DNA of 64,000 nucleotides from contig CAZETW010000004.1 in the NCBI GenBank assembly GCA_964515295.1, positions 4,994 through 68,993 of the forward strand, given 5' to 3'. Below are positions 27,934 to 36,790 of this stretch, piece by piece (positions within the stretch are counted from its first letter, which is position 1; each line of letters starts with the position of its first letter). Origin of the DNA: an uncultured bacterium. Its GTDB lineage: Bacteria; Zhuqueibacterota; QNDG01; CAYUAG01. A model generated the notes under the pieces. The model was not told the DNA's origin and ran no database searches. It worked only from the letters and a program-made list of their open reading frames with translations. The translations under genes and the position numbers were made by a program.

Positions 27934-28669
27934 GGTAAAAAATGTTCAGCCGTATAATGGTCTGGCACAGGTTTATGATACGGTTATGGATCATGTTGAT
28001 TATACTGGATGGGCTGATTATATATCCATGATATTCCAAAAATATGGCGATCCGGTTTGTGATGTAGTGGATTGCGGATGCGGGACGGGCAGTCTTATGC
28101 AAAAATTGGGAAAGCTGGGATATTTTGTAGCTGGTTTTGATTGTACTTTAAATATGGTAATAAGAGCAAAATTGAAATCCCATGGAATTCTGTGGCAGGG
28201 TGATCTGAAATCATTGGCATTAAAAAAGCAATGGGATGCAGTGCTCTGTATGTACGATACCATCCAGTATTTAAATGAATATGAGATAAAGACATACATA
28301 CATCAAGTACAGAATATCCTGCATGCTGGCGGATTATTTATTTTTGATATAGCCACTAAAAACAACATCAAAAAATACTGGTTCGATTTTTCCAATAAAG
28401 AAAAAATCAATGGATGGGAGATAAAAAGAAAAAGCTGGTTCGACGAACAAAAAGAACAGCTGCATACCAGCTTTCAATGCATAGATGAGTCTTTACATAT
28501 ACAAACCCGGGAAAATCATATACAATATATTTATGATAAGGAAAAATATAAAAATCTTGTAACCGGTGATGTATGGCAATACATTGGTTGTTTTAATGAG
28601 TTTACATTCAAACCTGCTCATCATGACTCGGAACGGGTGCATTTTGTTTTTATGAAGGAGGGATTGTGA
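27926..28669 (+). CDS. Class I SAM-dependent methyltransferase
   Basis: Motif I VVDCGCGTGSL; start placed at MIKVKNVQ, overlapping thiL stop by 8 nt; the ORF track's 27842 start is rejected. Confidence 0.7.
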   Translation: MIKVKNVQPYNGLAQVYDTVMDHVDYTGWADYISMIFQKYGDPVCDVVDCGCGTGSLMQKLGKLGYFVAGFDCTLNMVIRAKLKSHGILWQGDLKSLALKKQWDAVLCMYDTIQYLNEYEIKTYIHQVQNILHAGGLFIFDIATKNNIKKYWFDFSNKEKINGWEIKRKSWFDEQKEQLHTSFQCIDESLHIQTRENHIQYIYDKEKYKNLVTGDVWQYIGCFNEFTFKPAHHDSERVHFVFMKEGL

Positions 28670-29316
28670 TTGAGTTAAAAGAAGTATGTTATTCAGTAAA
28701 AGGTGAATTGATTTTAGAGGATATAAATTTAAGAGTGGAAGCTGGAGATTTTGTCAGTATTGTTGGCCCCAGCGGAGCCGGTAAAAGTACACTTCTTAAT
28801 CTTATACATATGAAAATTTTCCCGGTAAGCGGCCATCTCAGAGTCATAGATTGTAATGTCTCTACTTTACGTTCCAAAGAAATTCCTTTATTGAGAAGAA
28901 AAGTTGGTATGGTATATCAGGATTTCAAACTTCTTGATGACAGAGATGTTTATGAGAATATTGCCTTTGCATTGTGGGCTACAGGAGTGAAGAGAAATAC
29001 CATAAAAAGAAAGGCATTATATGTTTTGGCTGAAGTGGGATTAAGCCATAAACGATATTCAATGGTAACAGAACTGTCCGGTGGTGAACAGCAGAGAGTA
29101 TCAATTGCCCGAGCCCTGGTCAATGAGCCCTATATTCTTTTAGCTGATGAGCCTACCGGAAATCTTGATCCGGAAACCAGCAGTGAGATAATTGATCTTT
29201 TAAAGAGAATAAACCTGAAAGGAACTGCTGTAATTATGGCTACACATAAATCTGACATAGTAGAGGATCTGCCTGGCAGGATACACAGAATTGATCAGGG
29301 GAGGATTATTGAATGA
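28666..29316 (+). CDS. ftsE: Cell division ATP-binding protein FtsE
   Basis: 216 aa; Walker A GPSGAGKST, signature LSGGEQQRVSIARAL, Walker B LLADEPTGNLD. Confidence 0.9.
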   Translation: MIELKEVCYSVKGELILEDINLRVEAGDFVSIVGPSGAGKSTLLNLIHMKIFPVSGHLRVIDCNVSTLRSKEIPLLRRKVGMVYQDFKLLDDRDVYENIAFALWATGVKRNTIKRKALYVLAEVGLSHKRYSMVTELSGGEQQRVSIARALVNEPYILLADEPTGNLDPETSSEIIDLLKRINLKGTAVIMATHKSDIVEDLPGRIHRIDQGRIIE

Positions 29317-30173
29317 GTTTACATATTTTCTATACAATCAGGGAAGCATTCAAGGGACTGAGCAGGCACAGGTTTTCTTCAGTCATGACCTTGATATCCA
29401 TTACAATAAGCCTTACCATACTGGGCGGTTATCTGGTCATAACCTATAATCTTAAAAGAGGTGTTGAACTTTTTAAGGAAAGACTGGGAGTGGAGGTTTT
29501 TATTGATAACAGTTTACATTCAGAAGAAATCCGACAATTGCAGACACAAATAACCAGCCTCAGAGAAGTTGAAAGAGCGGTTTTTATATCCAAAGAACAG
29601 GCAATGCAGGAGTTTAAAGCAGAGTTTGATCAGGATGTAGTGGAGATCATCGGAGAGAATCCTTTACCGGCTTCAATACGGGTTGAATTGGCAGAACCCT
29701 ACAGAACTGCATCAGAGGTGGAAAAACTTGAGACCAGGATGTTGTCTTTTCGCGGAGTAACAGATGTTACTTACCATGGAGAGATATTTAAAATTGTACA
29801 TAGATACAGTCGGATCGGAATGATAATCTTTATTGGACTTTTTTTGGTTATCCTTTTTGCTTCAGTTTTGCTTATAACCAACACATTGCGTCTGACTATT
29901 CTGTCCCAAAAAAGATTAATATCTATAATGAAGCTGGTTGGAGCCACCAAAGGATTTATACGCCGGCCCTATCTTATACAGGGAGTATTCCATGGATTGA
30001 CAGCCGGGATTATAGCCTGTAGTATTATTCTGTTAATAATGAGACTGGCTAATACTTTTTACGGAGATATACTTGTCATTCCTTTATGGCTGCTTCTAAT
30101 TCCTGTTTTTGCAGGTTTTTTCCTGGGCATCCTGGGCAGTTATATTGGAGTAAAAAAATTTTTAAACACTTAA
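29313..30173 (+). CDS. ftsX: Cell division permease FtsX
   Basis: 286 aa, 4 TM with periplasmic loop; overlaps ftsE by 4 nt. Confidence 0.88.
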   Translation: MSLHIFYTIREAFKGLSRHRFSSVMTLISITISLTILGGYLVITYNLKRGVELFKERLGVEVFIDNSLHSEEIRQLQTQITSLREVERAVFISKEQAMQEFKAEFDQDVVEIIGENPLPASIRVELAEPYRTASEVEKLETRMLSFRGVTDVTYHGEIFKIVHRYSRIGMIIFIGLFLVILFASVLLITNTLRLTILSQKRLISIMKLVGATKGFIRRPYLIQGVFHGLTAGIIACSIILLIMRLANTFYGDILVIPLWLLLIPVFAGFFLGILGSYIGVKKFLNT

Positions 30174-30177
30174 TAGT

Positions 30178-32370
30178 ATGAAGTATCCACACTTAAATAA
30201 AGCGGTGAAAATGAAAAAATATAAAAAGAAGATAATTGATTTTTTTGATAAACATGCAAAAGAAATTTTCAAAAGAAGAACTTTGGCCAAACGTCTGCAT
30301 ATTCCTAATAAACATTATCAGGATTTTAAGCGATTGCTGGATGCATTAGTTGATCAGGGAATTATTCAGCGGCATAAAGGTCATCGGTACGGAAAAATGA
30401 GACGTGATAATATTGTCAGCGGCACTTTGGAGGTTAAAACTGAAGGGTTTGGATTTTTAAAGAGAGATGACGGGGGCGAAGATATATTCATCAGTCAGCG
30501 CAATATGGGGCCGGCTCTGCATAAGGACAGAGTACAGGTAAATTTATGGGCAGTACCCAAACATAAAGGAAAACTCTGTGAAGGAAGAGTACTTAAGGTA
30601 TTAGAACGATATCATAAACGAATTGTGGGCACCTTTACAGAAGGAGAAAAATTGCACTATGTTATTCCTGATGATTTAAAAATCAGTAATGATATTCTTA
30701 TAACTGAAGATAACAGGGCACAGGCCAAACCCGGACAGAAAGTTGTGGTGAAGCTTGAACCTAAAAAAGACACCAGAGAGCCCTTACAAGGCAGAATTGT
30801 TGCCATACTTGGCTATCCTGAAGATAAAGGCGTCGATATAGATTCTATCATATATGATATGGGGATCCGTTTCTCCTTTCCGGATTCGGTAAAAAAAGAA
30901 GCTGAGAAAATAACCGGAGAAATTTCAGAAGCAGAGTATGAGGAGCGTCTGGATTTACGGGGAAAACTGATATTTACCATAGATCCTGATGATGCCGAAG
31001 ATTTTGATGATGCAGTCTCTCTGGAGAGACTGGATAACGGCAATTTTTTATTAGGTGTTCACATAGCAGATGTAAGTCATTGGGTGCAGGTAAACTCCGA
31101 CATCGATCAGGAGGCTCTGGAAAGAGGGAACAGTGTATATCTGGTCGACAGGGTAATCCCCATGCTGCCGGAACAGATTTCCAATCATGTTTGCAGTTTA
31201 CGGCAGGGAGAAGACAGCCTTTGTTACAGTGTTTTAATGGAAGTAAATTCCAATGGAGAAGTGATTGATTATGATTTTAAAGAAAGTATAATAAACAGCA
31301 GATTCAGGTTTTCCTATAAAGAAGTGCAGAATATACTGGATGAACTCCATAAGAAGAATAACGAAACTGTTCAGAAAAACGGAACTGACTATTCAGATAT
31401 TTTAAAGAAAACTATTAATGATATGTATAACTTGAATATGACCTTAAAAGATAAATGGCGCCAGTATGGATTAATAGATTTTACCACCCTGGAACCTGAT
31501 GTGATGCTGGATGCTAATGGAAAACCGTATGATATAAAAGCCCGGGATTCTCTTGAAAGCAATGAAATTATTGAAAGTTTCATGCTTCTGGCCAACAGAA
31601 CTGTAGCTGAGCATATTAAAAAAATCAGAGAAACCCGGGAAGGTAAATTTCCTTTTGTGTATCGTATTCATGAGAAGCCGGACAGGGAAAAAATAACAGA
31701 ACTGAGAAGGTTTGTTGAGGTTTTGGGGTATGAATTTAATGTGGGTAATAGAGTGAAATCGAAAAATTTTCAGCGTCTTATCCAGCAGGTTAAAGGAACC
31801 GATCATGAATATCTGGTAGAAAACATTGCTCTCAGGAGTATGATGAGGGCCAAATATTCCAAAGCCAACCCGGGGCATTTTGGTCTGGGATTTACTCACT
31901 ATACTCATTTTACTTCCCCTATAAGGCGGTTTGCAGATCTTACTGTACACAGGCTGTTAAAATGTTACGGCAGTGATGTTGATGCTCCTCCTGCCCTTCC
32001 TGCTTCTCTTTCTGAAATTTGTAAAATTACCACAGAGTGCGAAATAACTGCGGAAGCTGCAGAAAGAGAATCCATCAAGGCCAAACAGGTGCAGTTCATG
32101 GCCAATAAAATAGGACAGGAGTTTTCCGGAATAATTTCCGGTATTGTTCCCTTTGGATTATTTGTAGAAATTCCGGAATATCTTATTGACGGGCTGATTG
32201 CCATCCGAGATCTGCATGATGATTACTATGTGCATGATGAGGAGCATTACTGTTTGATCGGAGAAAAACGGGGCAGAACTTTCCGTATCGGTGATCCGGT
32301 CAGGGTCAGACTGAAAAGAGTTTTGCTGCAGATGCGGAAGATTGATTTTGATATTGTGTATGAGGAGTGA
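30178..32370 (+). CDS. rnr: Ribonuclease R
   Basis: 730 aa; N-terminal HTH/cold-shock, RNB catalytic domain (DPDDAEDFDDAVS, VYLVDRVIPMLPE), C-terminal S1. Confidence 0.9.
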   Translation: MKYPHLNKAVKMKKYKKKIIDFFDKHAKEIFKRRTLAKRLHIPNKHYQDFKRLLDALVDQGIIQRHKGHRYGKMRRDNIVSGTLEVKTEGFGFLKRDDGGEDIFISQRNMGPALHKDRVQVNLWAVPKHKGKLCEGRVLKVLERYHKRIVGTFTEGEKLHYVIPDDLKISNDILITEDNRAQAKPGQKVVVKLEPKKDTREPLQGRIVAILGYPEDKGVDIDSIIYDMGIRFSFPDSVKKEAEKITGEISEAEYEERLDLRGKLIFTIDPDDAEDFDDAVSLERLDNGNFLLGVHIADVSHWVQVNSDIDQEALERGNSVYLVDRVIPMLPEQISNHVCSLRQGEDSLCYSVLMEVNSNGEVIDYDFKESIINSRFRFSYKEVQNILDELHKKNNETVQKNGTDYSDILKKTINDMYNLNMTLKDKWRQYGLIDFTTLEPDVMLDANGKPYDIKARDSLESNEIIESFMLLANRTVAEHIKKIRETREGKFPFVYRIHEKPDREKITELRRFVEVLGYEFNVGNRVKSKNFQRLIQQVKGTDHEYLVENIALRSMMRAKYSKANPGHFGLGFTHYTHFTSPIRRFADLTVHRLLKCYGSDVDAPPALPASLSEICKITTECEITAEAAERESIKAKQVQFMANKIGQEFSGIISGIVPFGLFVEIPEYLIDGLIAIRDLHDDYYVHDEEHYCLIGEKRGRTFRIGDPVRVRLKRVLLQMRKIDFDIVYEE

Positions 32371-32374
32371 GTAT

Positions 32375-32600
32375 CGTGTAATATGTGGGAAGGCTGGGAG
32401 GAGAAAAAAAGGAGGATGGATGAGACCCCAACAAGGTATGAAGCCACAAAGAGTAAATTAAATAACAAATTATTTAATATTGACCAGTGTATCGTGGTAT
32501 GGGAGTGTCGGAGAAAGAAAATGGAGATGGGTTGTTTTTAAATCCCAAATCCCAAGCATCAAACAAAAAATAATAACCAAATTCCAAATATCAATGGCCA
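32375..32600 (+). repeat. Interspersed/tandem non-coding repeat family, copy A (two sub-copies)
   Basis: GTATCGTG..TGGGAG..GGAGAAAGAAAA..GGAG occurs twice about 115 bp apart; core GGGTTGTTTTTAAATCCCAAATCCCAAGCATCAAAC matches copy B at 36208. Confidence 0.6.
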
Positions 32601-32923
32601 AACTGATCAGCTTACAAACCTGTTCAAAAATTTAAAGCCATGGATGCACCCCGTTGGATAAACGTGTTTCAAAATATAAAACTTGCAACTGCTTAAAACA
32701 TCCTACGGGGTGAACACGGATCAAACACGGAATAATATTATTGTTATCCGTGAGAATACGTGTTAATCCGTGACTGATAAATTTATCATTAATAATTGTT
32801 TATTGTTTTTGTTCTTTTGTCCGATTCCAATATCGTTACTTTTACATTAGTATTTCCTCGGACATCCGGGTGTGGCCATTTTTACATAGTCTCAATGGCT
32901 GGGAATAAAGTGATTACAAATCA

Positions 32924-32956
32924 CAAAAAAATGCCGAAGGTGGGGGCACCTTCGGC
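32924..32956 (-). terminator. Rho-independent terminator of the M16 peptidase gene
   Basis: 10-bp perfect stem GCCGAAGGTG/CACCTTCGGC with GGGG loop, followed on minus strand by T7 run. Confidence 0.8.
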
Positions 32957-33015
32957 ATTAACAGTTTCTTAGCAATGATCTTTTATCGTAATAAGAAAAT
33001 GTATCACATTACTGG

Positions 33016-36006
33016 CTACTTCTCCAGCTTAATGATTTCTCCGAACAGATCTTTTTGCGCTTTTATTATTTCTTCATTTCCATATACACAATAAATATTC
33101 TGTTTCAGTATGTCCTGAACAAAGGACTTCATATTCTGTATATCTTCAGGTGTGGTTTTTAGGACATTATCACGTTCTGTTTGAATATCTTTTCTGGTTA
33201 CGTTTTCCAGATACCAGGAAACAGCCTGATCTCCTTCTCCTGAAGGTGTTAATGGTCTGTCCATGTTGGAGATGGTGCCGATTATGAATCGTGTCATAAG
33301 GTCTTTTTCCGGTTTAAAATTCTGTAGAAATTCAGGTGTATTTTTAAAGTTTTCCAGAGTTTCCTTGAGATTCGGGTCACGATAAGAGCCGAAAAATACC
33401 TGACCGGTAGGAGCAAAGTTGCTGAAACCGCCATATGCTCCCCCTATAACCCTGATCTGTTTATGCAGCCATTCCCGGGAAAGAATTTGATTCAACACTC
33501 TGATTTTACCGTTCCAATCATATCCCAGATCTTTAAAATCATATCCCTGCAGAACATACTGAACTTTCGAGGCAGTTGCTATACCTTCATTGTTCTTTTT
33601 AAAAGAAAAATCCCAGCTGTATTTTTGCAGATCATCCTGAGATAAGGATTGTGCAAATGTTTCAGTTTCTTTTTTGAATGCAGAAAAATCATCTTTATCA
33701 CAGGTTACTGCCACAATGAGATTATTTTTATTAAACAAAGTGGTTGTGGCTTTTTCCATATTACTGATGATTTCATCTGCTTTCTGATCATAATTATCAA
33801 CTAAATCAGTGATAAACCAATAGTATTCCAGTCCTCTGGTGAGTTCATTGAACATTCCCTGATTGGAATAATAGGATGTAAGTCTGGTAAGAGCATATCC
33901 CATCCCGTTTCCTTTTACACTGGCATCCAGTCTGGATTGATGTCTGGTTAACACTGTTTTTAATCGATCCTTGTCATTAAACACAGAACGGTTCAGAATT
34001 TCATTGGTTAATTCAAAAAGTTTATTCACTTTAGCATTCATCGCTTTGGATGAAATTATAAGTGTGGATATCATTTGCTCATCACTTCTGTTTTTAAGAT
34101 AAGTATTCAGATAAGTGTTAAATCCGCCGGTATGGATATTCAGGGCGTTATCCAGATCGCCATAGGAATATTTTTCTGTATTCAGGCTTCCAAGCACTTC
34201 GGTTAATAGAGCAGCATAGGGTATCATTTCCTGGGAAAGCACCCGGGTATCAAAAAGAAATTTGATATAGACAATATCGTTGGTAAAGGCATCATAATAT
34301 AAAACAGGGGTATCTCCGAGCTTTTTTTCTGAAACCTTATACCAGGATGCCTTTGGGTTGATATCGTTTATTTCCAATCTGGGTATGGTAGCAAGTGCTT
34401 CAGGTGAATCTTCTCTTTCCTGAAATTCAATTAATTTCTGCGTATTTTTTATCAATTGTTCTTTTTCTTTCCGGGAAAGACTGTTCTTATACGCGGTTAG
34501 TTCGGTTTTAATTTGTTCATTTATCTTGCTCTCCAGTCCTGGTTTTGGTTTTAAGGTGAATAACAGGGAGTGAGAATTATTCAGCATATGTTCTTCAATA
34601 ATTGCTCCCAGCAGTCTTGTTTCCAGTGCAGTTTTTACTATTTCCAGTGGTTCTTCCCACTCAAGACTCAGGAACGGATCGCCGGTATAAAGCCATCCTT
34701 TACTTGCGTTAAAAAGATATACCAATCCTTTATGGGGAGTGTTGCCTTCCCGGAGGCGGAATTCCATTCTGTTGATAATACCTTCTATGGTTTCTTTATC
34801 CAGGCCTTTTTCTGCTGTCTCTTTCAGTGTTTTCATAACAGTTGATTTAAACTTATCTGTATCAGAAGGATCAGCATTCTGCACCCTGATCTGGAATACA
34901 TTCTGTTTCTGTTCACTGCTGTAGGCTCTGACTTCACGGCCTATTCCGGCTTTCTGCAGAGCCAGACGGACAGGAGCTGATTCATGATTTACCAGAGCTT
35001 CACTTAATATATCCAGAGCCATACATAAATCCCGGTCTCTGCCTTCTCCGATCACCCAGCTTAACGATAAATATGTCTGGTTATCGGTTCTGCTGCCTAC
35101 AGGTACAGGATAGTAACCAGATGCCTCTTTCATCTGTTTAAAAGGTTTCTGAAATGTTATAGAAGCAATATCATCTGACTTCTCATACTGGGACAGGTAT
35201 TTTTCATCAATAAAAGAAAGTTCCTTATCCAGATCAGCATTTCCGTAAAGAAATATATAACTGTTGGAAGGATGGTAGTATTTCCGGTGAAAATCAAGAA
35301 ATTGTTCATAGGTCAGTTCCGGAATAGCTGGCGGATAACCGCCGGAGGACTTACCATAACAGTTATCAGGAAACAGGATTTTATCTATCTGAAAGCCCAG
35401 CTCTCTGGTGGCGCTGGAAAAAGCACCTTTCATTTCATTGTATACCACTCCTCTGTATTCAACCGGTAGGTCCATATCTTTTAATTCATAATGCCAGCCT
35501 TCCTGTTTAAAAATGCGGGGGTCATCATAGATGCGCGGTTTTAATACAGCATCCAGATAAACGTGCATAAGATTGAAAAAGTCTTTATCATTCATGCTCG
35601 CCACCGGATACATGGTAAAATCACTCCCGGTCATAGCATTGAGAAATGTATTCAGTGATCCCTTGGTCAGTACATCAAAAGGGCTTTTGACCGGAAAATT
35701 TTCAGAACCGTTTAATACAGAATGTTCCATAATGTGAGGGGTTCCGCAGTCGGTTTCAGGTGTGGTTTTGAAAGCGATACAGAATGTTTTGTTGGGGTCG
35801 TCCGCTGCGATTTTGAGCAGCCGGGCTCCGCTTTTTACATGTTCGAAATAGTAACAGTCAGCATTCACTTCTTTTACAAAACGTTTTTCAATCAGTTTAA
35901 ATCCATGATAGGTCGAGTCTGTTTTGTACTTGTCGGTCTGACAGGAAAAAAATGAGAAAATAACAACAAGAATGAGCAGATGAGTAATGATTTTTTTGAT
36001 TTTCAT
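33016..36006 (-). CDS. M16 family zinc metallopeptidase (insulinase/pitrilysin-like), predicted lipoprotein
   Basis: 996 aa; lipobox signal (IFSFFSC), inverted zinc motif HIMEH, two M16 halves. Confidence 0.85.
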   Translation of the reverse strand: MKIKKIITHLLILVVIFSFFSCQTDKYKTDSTYHGFKLIEKRFVKEVNADCYYFEHVKSGARLLKIAADDPNKTFCIAFKTTPETDCGTPHIMEHSVLNGSENFPVKSPFDVLTKGSLNTFLNAMTGSDFTMYPVASMNDKDFFNLMHVYLDAVLKPRIYDDPRIFKQEGWHYELKDMDLPVEYRGVVYNEMKGAFSSATRELGFQIDKILFPDNCYGKSSGGYPPAIPELTYEQFLDFHRKYYHPSNSYIFLYGNADLDKELSFIDEKYLSQYEKSDDIASITFQKPFKQMKEASGYYPVPVGSRTDNQTYLSLSWVIGEGRDRDLCMALDILSEALVNHESAPVRLALQKAGIGREVRAYSSEQKQNVFQIRVQNADPSDTDKFKSTVMKTLKETAEKGLDKETIEGIINRMEFRLREGNTPHKGLVYLFNASKGWLYTGDPFLSLEWEEPLEIVKTALETRLLGAIIEEHMLNNSHSLLFTLKPKPGLESKINEQIKTELTAYKNSLSRKEKEQLIKNTQKLIEFQEREDSPEALATIPRLEINDINPKASWYKVSEKKLGDTPVLYYDAFTNDIVYIKFLFDTRVLSQEMIPYAALLTEVLGSLNTEKYSYGDLDNALNIHTGGFNTYLNTYLKNRSDEQMISTLIISSKAMNAKVNKLFELTNEILNRSVFNDKDRLKTVLTRHQSRLDASVKGNGMGYALTRLTSYYSNQGMFNELTRGLEYYWFITDLVDNYDQKADEIISNMEKATTTLFNKNNLIVAVTCDKDDFSAFKKETETFAQSLSQDDLQKYSWDFSFKKNNEGIATASKVQYVLQGYDFKDLGYDWNGKIRVLNQILSREWLHKQIRVIGGAYGGFSNFAPTGQVFFGSYRDPNLKETLENFKNTPEFLQNFKPEKDLMTRFIIGTISNMDRPLTPSGEGDQAVSWYLENVTRKDIQTERDNVLKTTPEDIQNMKSFVQDILKQNIYCVYGNEEIIKAQKDLFGEIIKLEK

Positions 36007-36195
36007 GATTACCTCCTTTAGTGATTGATTTTTTTACTAAAAATTTATATACAAACATATAAGATATATAATGTACGTAAATGAAATGTTTTTGTTGCAT
36101 TTTTATAAAACTTGATTTATAAATAAATTGTCAAGTAATCAGGACTAATTAACATTACGCTCATTCTCCTCTTGAGGGGGAACCATCGGCGTAAC

Positions 36196-36280
36196 CCGGG
36201 AAAGAAAAGGGGTGTCTTGAAACCCCGAATCCCAGGCACCAAATCTAACTAAACCCCAAATAAAAAATACCAAACAACAA
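36196..36280 (+). repeat. Interspersed non-coding repeat family, copy B
   Basis: GGGAAAGAAAAGGGGTGTCTTGAAACCCCGAATCCCAGGCACCAAAT is about 80% identical to copy A core, same orientation. Confidence 0.6.
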
Positions 36281-36551
36281 TTGTACAAAAATCTATATAT
36301 AAATATATTAAAAATCCTTTGGATACAGGATTATGGACTGCATTATTCGGATTTGCATTGTTTACCGGATCATTATATAATCTCATTATTGCAGCAGAAT
36401 TTGTTCTGGTAATGATACCTCATATATGGCTGGAAAACAGGCCAATTCAGCTATCAAAAAAGCAGTGAGCTCATTATGGCAGACTTTGCACATGAGTATG
36501 TGCATAGAACAATACAGATCAATTGAATTTCATAAAAAAATTAAAAAAATC

Positions 36552-36580
36552 TTGACTTTCTTAATTATTTTTGTAAATTA
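36552..36580 (+). promoter_or_regulatory. Candidate sigma70 promoter for tRNA-Asn (TTGACT-16 nt-TAAATT)
   Basis: Near-consensus -35 TTGACT read directly, about 40 nt upstream of tRNA. Confidence 0.4.
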
Positions 36581-36595
36581 TTATCTCTGTATAAA

Positions 36596-36667
36596 TCCGG
36601 AGTAGCTCAATGGTAGAGCGGGTGGCTGTTAACCACTAGGTTGGGGGTTCAAGTCCCTCCTCCGGAG
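36596..36667 (+). tRNA. tRNA-Asn (anticodon GUU)
   Basis: Hand-folded cloverleaf: acceptor TCCGGAG/CTCCGGA, anticodon loop CTGTTAA, T-arm GGGGGTTCAAGTCCCTC. Confidence 0.85.
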
Positions 36668-36671
36668 CTTT

Positions 36672-36700
36672 AAGGCTGGTATGAAATTACCAGCCTTTTT
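36672..36700 (+). terminator. Rho-independent terminator after tRNA-Asn
   Basis: AAGGCTGGTA-tgaaat-TACCAGCCTT perfect 10-bp stem followed by TTTTTG. Confidence 0.8.
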
Positions 36701-36790
36701 GCATTATCTCACATAAAAAAATTTTTTCTATAGATTTTTCATAGTGTTTTTTGTATTTTAATTAATGAAATAAATAATAAGGAACAATGT

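Noticed and set aside
30178-30210. Alternative later start (MKKYKKK at 30211) for rnr
   Set aside because: Neither start has a clear SD. The longer ORF is kept with the uncertainty noted.
32375-32600. CRISPR array
   Set aside because: Repeats are imperfect, of unequal spacing and only two to three copies. There is no cas gene anywhere in the window.
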